Counted from the stretch's first letter, positions 54,852 to 63,701 are shown. The stretch is DNA of 64,000 nucleotides from Actinomycetota bacterium (GCA_013695465.1 JACDAL010000022.1:451-64450), one strand, 5' to 3'. Numbers and translations: made by a program. Notes: generated by a model from the sequence alone, not told the origin.

Positions 54852-56495
54852 GTGACCCCACCGCCCCGGGACTCCAACTGGTTCAAGACCGCGGTCTTCT
54901 ACGAGCTCTACGCACGGAGCTTCTTCGATGCCAACTCCGACGGTTACGGGGACTTCAACGGGCTGGTCGAAAAGCTCGACTATCTCGAGTGGCTTGGCGT
55001 GGACTGCATCTGGCTGCTGCCCTTCTTCCAGTCCCCCTTGAAAGACGGGGGATACGACATCTCCGACTTCTACTCGATTCTGCCCGAGTACGGCAACCTG
55101 AACGACTTCATGGAGTTTCTCGAAGCGGCACACGAGCGCGGTATGCGCGTAATCGCCGACGTGGTCATGAACCACACCTCGGACCAGCACCCCTGGTTCC
55201 AGGAGTCGCGCCTTCCGGGATCGGCCAAGAGGGACTGGTACGTGTGGGCCCACGATGAAAGCAGATACGCGGATGCCCGCGTCATCTTCGTGGACACCGA
55301 GCGCTCCAACTGGACCTGGGACGAGGAAAGCCAGGCGTATTACTGGCATCGTTTCTTCAGCCACCAGCCCGACCTCAACTACGACAACATCGAGGTGCAG
55401 GAGCAGATGATCGCCGTGCTCAAGTTCTGGCTGGACCTGGGACTCGACGGCTTCAGGCTGGACGCAGTTCCTTACCTCTTCGAAAGGGAAGGGACGAACT
55501 GCGAGAACCTAAAGGAGACTCATGAGTTCCTGAAGCGAGTGCGCAGGGAGATCGACGACTCCTATGAGAACGTCGTCCTCCTGGCGGAGGCCAACCAGTG
55601 GCCGAGCGACGTGGTCGAATATTTCGCTTCCGGTGACGAGTGCCACATGGCCTTTCACTTCCCGCTAATGCCGCGAATGTTCATGGCCGCCCGCCGCCAG
55701 GTCCGCTACCCGATTGTGGAGATCCTGGAGCAGACTCCCACGATACCCAACAATTGCCAGTGGGGCATCTTTCTGCGGAACCACGACGAGCTCACCCTCG
55801 AGATGGTCACAGACGAAGAGCGCGACTACATGTACAACGAGTACGCCAAGGACCCCCGCATGAAGCTCAACGTCGGTATCAGACGGCGACTCGCTCCGCT
55901 TCTCGAGAACTCCACCAACCAGATGGAGCTATTCCACGCCATGCTGCTGTCGCTACCGGGCACTCCCATCGTTTATTACGGAGACGAGATAGGCATGGGC
56001 GACAACATCTATCTGGGAGATCGCGATGGCGTGCGCACTCCGATGCAGTGGAACGTGGACCGCAATGCCGGCTTCTCACGAGCGGACTTTGCGCAGCTTT
56101 ACCTGCCGGTGCTGCTGGATCCGGTCTACGGCTACCAGGCCGTAAACGTCGAGGCCGAGATGCGGGACCAGAACTCCTTCCTGCACTGGTTTCGACGGCT
56201 GCTGGCGGTTCGAAAGCAACACCCGGTATTCGGACTGGGAAGCTTCGAGGCCTGCCACCCCAACAACCCCGCCATCTTCGCCTTCCTGCGCCAGTACGAA
56301 GGCGACATCGTCCTGTGCATCAACAACCTTTCCTCCCGAGCACAGGCAGCCGAGTTGGACATGTCCGCGTACGCGGGTCTGCACCCAATCGAGCTGCTGG
56401 GTCGGGAACGTTTTCCCAGGATAGGTGAGCTGCCCTACCTACTGACGTTCGGACCTCACGCCTTTTACTGGTTTCAACTCGTTGACGAGGACTAG
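54852..56495 (+). CDS. treS: trehalose synthase (maltose alpha-D-glucosyltransferase), not fused to maltokinase
   Basis: WFKTAVFYELYARSFFDANSDGYGDFNGLVEKLDYLEWLGVDCIWLLPFFQSPLKDGGYDISD...GFRLDAVPYLFE...LRNHDELTLE. Confidence 0.9.
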   Translation: MTPPPRDSNWFKTAVFYELYARSFFDANSDGYGDFNGLVEKLDYLEWLGVDCIWLLPFFQSPLKDGGYDISDFYSILPEYGNLNDFMEFLEAAHERGMRVIADVVMNHTSDQHPWFQESRLPGSAKRDWYVWAHDESRYADARVIFVDTERSNWTWDEESQAYYWHRFFSHQPDLNYDNIEVQEQMIAVLKFWLDLGLDGFRLDAVPYLFEREGTNCENLKETHEFLKRVRREIDDSYENVVLLAEANQWPSDVVEYFASGDECHMAFHFPLMPRMFMAARRQVRYPIVEILEQTPTIPNNCQWGIFLRNHDELTLEMVTDEERDYMYNEYAKDPRMKLNVGIRRRLAPLLENSTNQMELFHAMLLSLPGTPIVYYGDEIGMGDNIYLGDRDGVRTPMQWNVDRNAGFSRADFAQLYLPVLLDPVYGYQAVNVEAEMRDQNSFLHWFRRLLAVRKQHPVFGLGSFEACHPNNPAIFAFLRQYEGDIVLCINNLSSRAQAAELDMSAYAGLHPIELLGRERFPRIGELPYLLTFGPHAFYWFQLVDED

Positions 56496-56561
56496 GGTGC
56501 ACCTCCCCGTAAATCCGCCCGCATTCGAGGTGCTGACCGTCTTTCCGGTGCGGAGCACTTA

Positions 56562-57977
56562 GTGATGCAAGTCGATAGCTTGGCCGCAATGCTTCCGCAG
56601 AAGAGATGGTTTGGCGCCAAAGAACGGGCGATCGCAGGAGTCTCCCTGATCGACGACACGGTCCTAGACGATGGACCTCCACCACTCGCGGCTGCCCTAG
56701 TCCGAATCGCCTTCGCCGATGGAGGTTCAGATGTCTTCAACTTGCTCCTGATCACAGCGTCCGATGACGAGCTCCAAGACCCCTTCGAAAAAGACGTCGA
56801 TCGCCTAAAAGCATTGGGCAAACATATGGCGCACGGCTCCACGCTGAGAGGCCGGCAGGGCAGCTTTCGCTTCTCCGGGGCGGGACTGGATCCCATGTCT
56901 GAGCCCGGGCAAGGCTCGGTGCGCTCGGTGTCCTCCGAGCAATCCAACAGCTCGGTGATCTTCGACGAAGAGATCATCATGAAGGTTCTACGACGAGTCG
57001 AGCCCGGGCCCAATCCCGAGCTCGAGTTGGCTAGGCTGTTAACCGGCGAAGGCTTCGGCAACATCCCCGCACAGGTCGGAGAGATGCGCTACGAGCCTGA
57101 CGAAGGAGCCTCCGAAGCGGACTTCTACGACCTGGGCATTGCCCAGCGCTTTCTGCCGGACGCCGTCGATGGATGGGAAGAGACACTGGCACACGTTGGT
57201 CGTCTCTTGGAGAGCTCATCGGTGGCGGGGTACGAGCACCTTCGCACCGGCGTAGAGGACAAGGCGTCGGAGAACCTCGAGTGCATCGAGCAGCTCGGAG
57301 ACGTGACCGCGGCATTGCATGTCATGCTCGCTCGCGACGGACTCGATACCGACTTCTCGGGCGAGCCCATCGACTCATCGGACCTCAAACAATGGATCGA
57401 ACGTGCTCATGAGTCTTTGAAACGGGGCCGGGGCGGCGGGGACCTGGAAGATCTCGCCGACCGCGCAGGAGCAATCATCGATCTTCTGGCCTCGGTCACC
57501 ACACCGGGCGCCAAGACGCGCGTCCATGGCGACTATCACCTGGGACAGACCATGCTCACCGAAAGAGGTTGGATAATCCTGGATTTCGAAGGCGAGCCGG
57601 CTCGTAGCTTGCAAGATCGCAGAAGCAAGGACTCCCCCCTGAGAGACGTCGCGGGCATGATGCGCTCCTTCAGCTATGCAGCCACCGCCGCACTCTTCAG
57701 GCGAGCGGAACCGGGCTCGCGTGATTGGAGCAATCTGGAGCCCATCGCCGAGGCGTGGGAAGATCTTGCGCGCGAGCGCTTCCTGCGCGCTTACCTTCGC
57801 ACTGCACACGAGGGCGAGTTCCTTCCGGACGAGGAGAGCACGGAGACAATGCTCAACGTTTTTGAGATCGACAAAGCTCTTTACGAGTTGGCATACGAAC
57901 GCAGTCATCGGCCGGCTTGGACACGAATTCCCCTTGAGGGCATCAGGCGAGCGGTTGCTCGCGAGTCGGCGCGATGA
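56562..57977 (+). CDS. pep2: maltokinase (maltose 1-phosphate forming)
   Basis: LPQKRWFGAKERAI...EQSNSSVIFDEEIIMKVLRRVEPGPNPELE...HGDYHLGQ...ILDFEGEP...FEIDKALYELAYE. It lies between treS and glgB. Confidence 0.85.
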   Translation: MMQVDSLAAMLPQKRWFGAKERAIAGVSLIDDTVLDDGPPPLAAALVRIAFADGGSDVFNLLLITASDDELQDPFEKDVDRLKALGKHMAHGSTLRGRQGSFRFSGAGLDPMSEPGQGSVRSVSSEQSNSSVIFDEEIIMKVLRRVEPGPNPELELARLLTGEGFGNIPAQVGEMRYEPDEGASEADFYDLGIAQRFLPDAVDGWEETLAHVGRLLESSSVAGYEHLRTGVEDKASENLECIEQLGDVTAALHVMLARDGLDTDFSGEPIDSSDLKQWIERAHESLKRGRGGGDLEDLADRAGAIIDLLASVTTPGAKTRVHGDYHLGQTMLTERGWIILDFEGEPARSLQDRRSKDSPLRDVAGMMRSFSYAATAALFRRAEPGSRDWSNLEPIAEAWEDLARERFLRAYLRTAHEGEFLPDEESTETMLNVFEIDKALYELAYERSHRPAWTRIPLEGIRRAVARESAR

Positions 57978-60139
57978 CACCTACCCGATCGCCGGACATC
58001 GAATTGCTGCGCCGTGGTGAGCTGGCCGACCCCCACAGCCTGCTCGGCAAACACCACACTCCCGAAGGCATCGCCGTGCGGGCATGGCGGCCAGACGCCG
58101 AGTCGGTCAACTGCGTCTCAAACGGACACCTGGTGGGAAAACTAGAGAGAATCGACCCCGCCGGCCTATTCGAGGCGACGCTCGATTCTGATCCCGGCTT
58201 CTACCAGCTCGAGGTTTCATACGGCGACAGCAACACCTTCATCTTGGAAGATCCCTACAGTTTCCCCCCGACACTGGGCGAGCTCGACCTCCATCTCATC
58301 CAGGAGGGACGGCACCGCCGGCTCCACCACAAGCTGGGCGCCCATCTGCAGGAGGTCGAGGGAATTGTGGGGACAAGCTTCGCTGTGTGGGCGCCGGGAG
58401 CGCGCAGCGTGCGTGTTGTGGGTGACTTCAACGGCTGGGACGGACGCCTGCACCCGATGCGCTCGATGGGGTCGTCGGGCGTGTGGGAGCTCTTTCTCCC
58501 CGTGGCTGCAGACGGCGCCCATTACAAGTTCGAGCTTCTTACCGAGGACCGCTCGCTCATTCTCAAGGCCGATCCGTTCGCCTTTCGAACCGAGATCCCA
58601 CCGGGCACCTCCTCGATCGTCTTCGAGTCCCACCATGACTTCTCGGACGCAGAATGGATGTCGCAACGCCGGTCCTTCGATGTCTACTCGTCGCCGCTGT
58701 CGGTCTACGAGGTCCATCTGGGCTCCTGGCGCCGCACCCCCGACGGAGGGACACTCACCTACAAGGACATGGCGCCGTTACTGGCGAGCTACTGCGCCGA
58801 GATGGGCTTTACTCACGTCGAGTTGCTGCCTGTAGCCGAACATCCCTTCGGCGGGTCATGGGGATACCAGGTGGGTAACTACTTCGCACCCACCGCCCGC
58901 TACGGCTCTCCCGACGAATTCCGGTTTCTGGTCGACACACTGCATCAAGAGGGCATCGGCGTCATCGTCGACTGGGTGCCGGCGCACTTCCCCCGGGACG
59001 CGTGGGCCCTGGCCCGCTTCGACGGCTCCGCACTATACGAGCACCTAGACCCGCGCCAGGGCGAACACCCGGACTGGGGCACTCTGATCTTCAACTACGG
59101 GCGCAACGAGGTGCGCAACTTCCTGATCTCCAACGCGTTGCAGTGGATCGAGGACTTTCACATCGACGGGCTGCGCGTCGATGCGGTCGCGTCGATGCTT
59201 TATCTCGACTACAGCCGCAAGGAAGGCGAGTGGCTGCCGAATCGTTATGGGGGCCGCGAGAACTTGGAAGCAATCGAGTTCATCAAAGAGCTCAACACGG
59301 TGGTTCACGGCGAACACCCCGGCGTGATGATGATCGCCGAGGAGTCGACGGCGTGGCCGGGCGTCTCGCGCCCGGTGCACCTAGGCGGCCTTGGATTCGG
59401 GCTCAAGTGGAACCTGGGCTGGATGCACGACACGCTCAGCTACTTCACCAAGGAGCCGATCCATCGCCGCTACCACCACGGCGAGCTCACCTTCAGCTTG
59501 ATCTATGCGTTCAGCGAGAACTTCGTGCTCCCGCTATCTCACGACGAGGTCGTCCACGGCAAGGGATCGTTGCTCAACAAGATGCCCGGCGATCGCTGGC
59601 AGCAGCTCGCCAACCTGCGCTCCCTCTACGCATTCATGTGGGCCCATCCCGGCAAACAGCTCCTATTCATGGGATCGGAGATTGCGCAACCGACGGAATG
59701 GAGCCACGACAAGAGCATCGACTGGCATCTACTCGATCATCCCGAGCATCGGGCAATTCAGCGTATGGTCAAGGACCTCAACCGTGCCTACAAGGACATC
59801 CCCGCGTTGTGGGAGAGAGACTCCACAGACGAGGGCTTCGAGTGGATCGATGCCAACGACGCAGACAACAATGTACTGTCGTTCTTTCGCGCCGGCAACT
59901 CGGCCAAGAGCCTCGTGTGCATATGCAATCTCTCCCCCACAATCAGAGAAGGTTTTCGCATAGGGCTGCCGCGCGCCGCAAGCTTCACGGAGGTTTTGAA
60001 CACCGATTCCGAGGCCTATGGGGGAACGAACGTCGGCAACATGGGGGCCGTGGTTGCCGAAGCCCGGCCCTGGCACGGCCTCGACCACTCCGCCACACTC
60101 ACCCTGCCCCCACTCGGGGTGCTGTGGCTTTACGGATAG
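57974..60139 (+). CDS. glgB: 1,4-alpha-glucan branching enzyme
   Basis: FAVWAPGARSVRVVGDFNGWDG...YEVHLGSW...GYQVGNYFAPTARYGSPDEF...DWVPAHFP...DGLRVDAVASMLY...AEESTAWP...LPLSHDEVVHGK. Confidence 0.95.
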   Translation: MTPTRSPDIELLRRGELADPHSLLGKHHTPEGIAVRAWRPDAESVNCVSNGHLVGKLERIDPAGLFEATLDSDPGFYQLEVSYGDSNTFILEDPYSFPPTLGELDLHLIQEGRHRRLHHKLGAHLQEVEGIVGTSFAVWAPGARSVRVVGDFNGWDGRLHPMRSMGSSGVWELFLPVAADGAHYKFELLTEDRSLILKADPFAFRTEIPPGTSSIVFESHHDFSDAEWMSQRRSFDVYSSPLSVYEVHLGSWRRTPDGGTLTYKDMAPLLASYCAEMGFTHVELLPVAEHPFGGSWGYQVGNYFAPTARYGSPDEFRFLVDTLHQEGIGVIVDWVPAHFPRDAWALARFDGSALYEHLDPRQGEHPDWGTLIFNYGRNEVRNFLISNALQWIEDFHIDGLRVDAVASMLYLDYSRKEGEWLPNRYGGRENLEAIEFIKELNTVVHGEHPGVMMIAEESTAWPGVSRPVHLGGLGFGLKWNLGWMHDTLSYFTKEPIHRRYHHGELTFSLIYAFSENFVLPLSHDEVVHGKGSLLNKMPGDRWQQLANLRSLYAFMWAHPGKQLLFMGSEIAQPTEWSHDKSIDWHLLDHPEHRAIQRMVKDLNRAYKDIPALWERDSTDEGFEWIDANDADNNVLSFFRAGNSAKSLVCICNLSPTIREGFRIGLPRAASFTEVLNTDSEAYGGTNVGNMGAVVAEARPWHGLDHSATLTLPPLGVLWLYG

Positions 60140-60170
60140 ACTGTGGCTTAAGAAAAAAGAGGGAGCCCTA

Positions 60171-60413
60171 ATGCCGGAACAGCGAACCGAAGGCACCAAG
60201 ATCGACCTCGAAAGACTCGAGAAGCACGCCCGCAGCCTCTACCTACACCGGTTCGTCGAGGCGATTCAGCAAGCGCGTGGCGAGCACGGCCGCTACCTCA
60301 CGCTGCGGGCCGGCGATGAGCTTGCGATCCGGGCGGCCGCAGACGGCAGCGACGAATGGCTGGAGCGGATACTGGTGCTGGACGAAGGGCCGTCGACGGA
60401 GAGAACGGGCTAG
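60171..60413 (+). CDS. small hypothetical protein
   Basis: 80 aa, from the ATG at 60171 behind AGAGGGAG. MPEQRTEGTKIDLERLEKHARSLYLHRFVEAIQQARGEHGRY... I recognise no family. Confidence 0.4.
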   Translation: MPEQRTEGTKIDLERLEKHARSLYLHRFVEAIQQARGEHGRYLTLRAGDELAIRAAADGSDEWLERILVLDEGPSTERTG

Positions 60414-60441
60414 CGGCTCGCCCAGCCCTGAGCCAGCTCGA

Positions 60442-60516
60442 GGTAGCGAAACGCGCTCGACGCGCGTACGAGTACGGAATCGGGACTCAGGAGCGCGTAA
60501 CGCGCGTTTGAGTACC
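60442..60516. repeat. ~75-bp AACGCGCG-core element (element A), inverted partner of 63628-63701
   Basis: GGTAGCGAAACGCGC...GAGTAC...GCGTAACGCGCGTTTGAGTACC. It aligns to the reverse complement of 63628-63701 over its whole length with about 2 small gaps. Internally it has a 40-bp-period repeat CGCGCGTnnGAGTAC. Confidence 0.8.
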
Positions 60517-60571
60517 GGTCGCCCCGGCGCCCGCTCCCGACGACCTGCCACAGACAAGCGCTCCGGGGCGG

Positions 60572-60847
60572 TTACGTATCGGCGTCCTCTGGAGCGGGCT
60601 CTGGCGGGCCATCGCTAGAACTCATCCAGATCGCCACGTCTAGGACTCTGAGAAGGGACACTTCCCGGCTCAGCCACTCCGGGCGCAGCTTATCTACACG
60701 AGTTCTACGTTCTTCGTCCTGCAAGGCTCGGCTGAGCGGCAACCATGTCCGGGGGGGCCGGCCATAAAGTCCCCACACCCGAGAGTCAACAATAGGGATC
60801 AGCTGCGGCCGTTTTCGAGCCATCAGCTTGTGGTGGGCCAGGTTTCC
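60572..60847 (-). pseudogene. C-terminal remnant of a DUF6308-like gene
   Basis: HKLMARKRPQLIPIVDSRVW...VSLLRVLDVAIWM resembles the C-terminal half of DUF6308-type proteins as I recall them. The same frame continues upstream (track ORF 60848..61261) across an in-frame TAG at 60848-60850, but with poor coding character. Confidence 0.4.
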
Positions 60848-61039
60848 CTATGGGGCAAGGTGATCCTTTGCGAGCGTGGATACAGGGCCCAATTCGCCTA
60901 CCCCAAGCGCCTTATAGTCATCGGCTCGGCCGAGGACGAGAGGATCCAGACGATGGCCGGGGAGCTGAGCGCCTCGTACCAGGTTGAAACGGAGACAGGG
61001 GAACGGCAAAAGCTGCTTCGTGAGGGAGGATTGTGGTGA
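60830..61039 (+). CDS. small hypothetical protein (first of two translationally coupled ORFs)
   Basis: 69 aa, GTG start, third-position GC about 75 percent by hand count. VSLWGKVILCERGYRAQFAYPKRLIVIG. Confidence 0.4.
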   Translation: MVGQVSLWGKVILCERGYRAQFAYPKRLIVIGSAEDERIQTMAGELSASYQVETETGERQKLLREGGLW

Positions 61040-61197
61040 CCGAAAAATTAGGGCCCGAGATCGGGGCCCTTCTAAGCCAGATCCCTTCGGATCTGCCGTT
61101 GTGGGAGCTAGAGACCAACGAGGTCTACGATGCGGCCTTCGAGTTGTGGGACCTCTTGATCGCAGTTCATCCGGACCGGGATCTGCTACTGGACTGA
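61036..61197 (+). CDS. small acidic hypothetical protein (second coupled ORF, below the ORF-track size cutoff)
   Basis: Hand translation gives VTEKLGPEIGALLSQIPSDLPLWELETNEVYDAAFELWDLLIAVHPDRDLLLD*. The GTGA start/stop overlaps the upstream ORF, a GAGGGAGGA RBS lies at 61022-61030, and third-position GC is about 74 percent. Confidence 0.4.
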   Translation: MTEKLGPEIGALLSQIPSDLPLWELETNEVYDAAFELWDLLIAVHPDRDLLLD

Positions 61198-61512
61198 CCT
61201 TTGGAACGGGTAGCTCGACCGGCTCGATCACGACCGTCTCGATGTCGTCCCCAACCTCCACGATGCCCCCCTTCGATGGAACTCTTCAAGAGAACCGACA
61301 TTACAGAGGGCCTACGACAACCGATGGCAAGGCTCAGCGTTCTGTGGGCCTGTGGGACGAGAAGGCTTCACCGAGAGGCCCGGCCGAGTGCCGAAATCGG
61401 ACGGCGCATCCAATTGATGGGTCTCGAAGGTGATGGAAATCCCAGGTCAACAGTGGACTTTTTACACTTTGACCTGCGCTCAGCAAGGGTTACAACGAAG
61501 GATCGGCGGGGG

Positions 61513-63552
61513 TCAGCTCCACAGACTGGCCAGGAAGTCGTCCACTCCCGACCTGTCCGGTTCGAGCTTCCAGTCTCCCGCGTCGTCCGCAGCCTCCGGG
61601 ACGATCACCTCGAGGCGGTCCTTGACCGCGTCGGTCACGAAGCGGCTGAGCTGTCCGTAACCGTGGCCGTCGTCGAGGCCCATGCGGCGGTGGTAGTAGC
61701 GAATCGGCCGATGCAGATACAGCCCGTTGCGTGCGCGCGTCAGCGCGACGTAGAAGACGCGGCGTTCCTCTTCGAGGCCCTCGTCGTCGCTCAGTGCCAT
61801 GTCGGACGGGATCATCCCGTCGCAGACGTCGATGACGTGGACCTCGTCCCATTCGCATCCCTTGGCCGAGTGGATCGTGGACAGGATCAAGTAGTCGTCG
61901 TCGAGAAACGGAGGGCCGACGAGGTCCTCAGTGGAGGCGGGCGGGTCGAGCGTGATCTCGGCGAGGAAGTCCGCTCTGCTCGAGTAGGCAGAGGCCATGT
62001 GCGCCAGCGCCTCGACGTCGCGCACCCTCACGGCGGCGTTGGCGTGATTGCGCTCGAGCACGTCCGAGTAGAAGCTCATGATCCTGTCCAGCTGAGGCGC
62101 GGGTGCACCGTCGGACTCGAGCAGGTCCGAGATCATGCTCGAGAACCTCGCCCACTCCTCGGCATCGGCCTGCGAAGGTCGACTCAGCCCTTCTGCCGCC
62201 CGGCGAACCGCGCCTCCGTCTCCCACACCAAGCTCTGTCATGACAGATCGGGCGGTGCGGGGGCCAACTCCCTCGATCAACTGCAGGCTCCGGAACCAGC
62301 TCAACTCGTCGTCCGGATTCTCGATGAAGCGCAGCAAACCCAAGACATCCTTGACGTGTGCGGCCTCGAGGAACTTGAGCCCGCCGTACTTCACGAACGG
62401 GATGTTGCGTCGGGAGAGCTCGAGCTCCAAGCCTGCGCTGTGATGGCCGGTTCTAAACAGCACCGCCTGCTCTCGCAACAGCACGCCGCGCTCGCGCGCC
62501 TCGAGCACGCGGGAGCAGATCTCATCGCTCTGAGCGCTCTCGTCCTCACACTGGACGAGCTGGGCAGCCTTCGTACCCGGTCGCTCAGACCACAGACGTT
62601 TCGCATAGCCACCCTTCGCTTGCGCGATGACCTCGTTCGAGACATCGAGGATCGGCTGGGTGGATCGGTAGTTCTGCTCCAGAAGAACCACCCTGGCTCC
62701 GGGAAACAGGTCACAGAAGCTCAGCATGTTGGTGGAACTGGCGGCGCGAAACGAGTAGATCGCCTGCGCATCGTCGCCTACCGCCATCACGCCGGTCTCG
62801 TCTCCGCGCATGCCGGCAACGATCGAGGCCTGCAGCTCGTTGGTGTCCTGATACTCGTCGACCAAGATGTGATCGAAGAGGGAGTGCAGCAGTCTCGAGG
62901 CCCCGGGATGTCTCGTCAGTGCGCGCCAGTAAAGCAACAGATCGTCGTAGTCGAGCACGATGCGGGCGCGTTTGCGATCGGAGTAAGCCTCGAAGACCGA
63001 GCGCACATCGGAAATCTCCTCCCGGCACCAGGGGAAGCGTTTCTCCACCACCTCCGTAAGCTTGGTCTGAGAGTTGACCGTCGCCGAGTAAATCTGCTGA
63101 AGGGTCTGCTTTCGAGGAAAGCGCCGGCGTGTCGCCCCCAGGCCCAACTCGCTGCGGACGAGATCCATGAGGTCGGCGGCGTCGGAGGAGTCCATGATCG
63201 TGAAGCTGGGAGGCAGACCCAGCGCTCCCCCATAGCGCCGCAGAAGCCGGTTCGCCACTGCGTGGAAGGTCCCACCCCACACCCTCGCCGCCTCCGGACC
63301 ACCGGCGAGCCGTTGAGCCCGACCAAGCATCTCCTTGGCCGCCCGGCGACTGAAGGTCAACAGCAGCGTCCGCTCCGGAGCTCCCTGCTCGAGCTGCCGG
63401 GCGAGCCGCGCTACCAGCGTACGGGTCTTGCCGGTGCCGGCTCCCGCCACGACCAGCAGCGGAAGGCCGTCATGCAGGACTGCCTCGAGCTGAGCTTGGT
63501 TGAGCCCGCGCCGCCAGCGCTCGGTCTCTTGATCGAACATGTGTTCGAGCAT
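61513..63552 (-). CDS. UvrD/Rep/PcrA-family superfamily 1 DNA helicase
   Basis: LNQAQLEAVLHDGLPLLVVAGAGTGKTRTLVARLA (Q motif and Walker A), ILVDEYQDTN (motif II), GDDAQAIYSFRAA, NYRS, TIHSAKGCEWDEVHV, RRVFYVALTRAR. The first ATG is at 63552; the track begins at a TTG at 63570. Confidence 0.9.
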   Translation of the reverse strand: MLEHMFDQETERWRRGLNQAQLEAVLHDGLPLLVVAGAGTGKTRTLVARLARQLEQGAPERTLLLTFSRRAAKEMLGRAQRLAGGPEAARVWGGTFHAVANRLLRRYGGALGLPPSFTIMDSSDAADLMDLVRSELGLGATRRRFPRKQTLQQIYSATVNSQTKLTEVVEKRFPWCREEISDVRSVFEAYSDRKRARIVLDYDDLLLYWRALTRHPGASRLLHSLFDHILVDEYQDTNELQASIVAGMRGDETGVMAVGDDAQAIYSFRAASSTNMLSFCDLFPGARVVLLEQNYRSTQPILDVSNEVIAQAKGGYAKRLWSERPGTKAAQLVQCEDESAQSDEICSRVLEARERGVLLREQAVLFRTGHHSAGLELELSRRNIPFVKYGGLKFLEAAHVKDVLGLLRFIENPDDELSWFRSLQLIEGVGPRTARSVMTELGVGDGGAVRRAAEGLSRPSQADAEEWARFSSMISDLLESDGAPAPQLDRIMSFYSDVLERNHANAAVRVRDVEALAHMASAYSSRADFLAEITLDPPASTEDLVGPPFLDDDYLILSTIHSAKGCEWDEVHVIDVCDGMIPSDMALSDDEGLEEERRVFYVALTRARNGLYLHRPIRYYHRRMGLDDGHGYGQLSRFVTDAVKDRLEVIVPEAADDAGDWKLEPDRSGVDDFLASLWS

Positions 63553-63593
63553 AGCCTGGGTCCCGCCCAAGAGGGCGAATTTCGCCCCGCCCT

Positions 63594-63625
63594 GGCCCCG
63601 GCCCCGGCCCCGGCCCCGGCCCCGG
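63594..63625. repeat. hexanucleotide repeat (GGCCCC)5 plus GG; reads (GGGGCC)n on the helicase coding strand
   Basis: Read directly: five perfect units at 63594-63623. It lies 42 bp upstream of the helicase ATG. Confidence 0.95.
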
Positions 63626-63627
63626 CG

Positions 63628-63701
63628 GTGCTCAAACGCGCGTAACGCGCTTCTGTGTACGGTTTTGGTACTCGTGCGCGCGCGGCGCGCGTTTCGCTAC
63701 C
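63628..63701. repeat. ~75-bp AACGCGCG-core element (element B), inverted partner of 60442-60516
   Basis: GGTGCTCAAACGCGCGTAACGCGC...GTACTCGTGCGCGCGCGGCGCGCGTTTCGCTACC. Its reverse complement begins GGTAGCGAAACGCGCG and ends GCGCGTTTGAGCACC, as in element A. Confidence 0.8.

Noticed and set aside
60848-61261. 137-aa minus-strand ORF as an independent gene
   Set aside because: Third-position GC collapses after about the first 20 codons. It overlaps two better-looking plus-strand ORFs. It is in frame with the DUF6308-like remnant across a stop codon, so it is more likely a dead 5' part of that gene.
61201-63645. 814-aa plus-strand ORF
   Set aside because: It is exactly antisense to the UvrD-like helicase, Arg/Gly/Val-rich, and has no recognisable motifs. 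It is a typical shadow ORF of a high-GC genome. The same reasoning applies to 22617..24158(+), 25342..26547(-), 25434..26675(+), 43704..44936(+), 45034..45984(+), 51455..52654(+), 52760..54307(-), 59002..60171(+) and many shorter ones.
60442-63701. IS element or composite transposon delimited by the inverted repeats
   Set aside because: There is no transposase, integrase or recombinase ORF between or next to the repeats, and no target-site duplication visible at the outer ends. A third related copy (48926-48993) stands alone. This is reported as a repeat-flanked patch, not as a mobile element.
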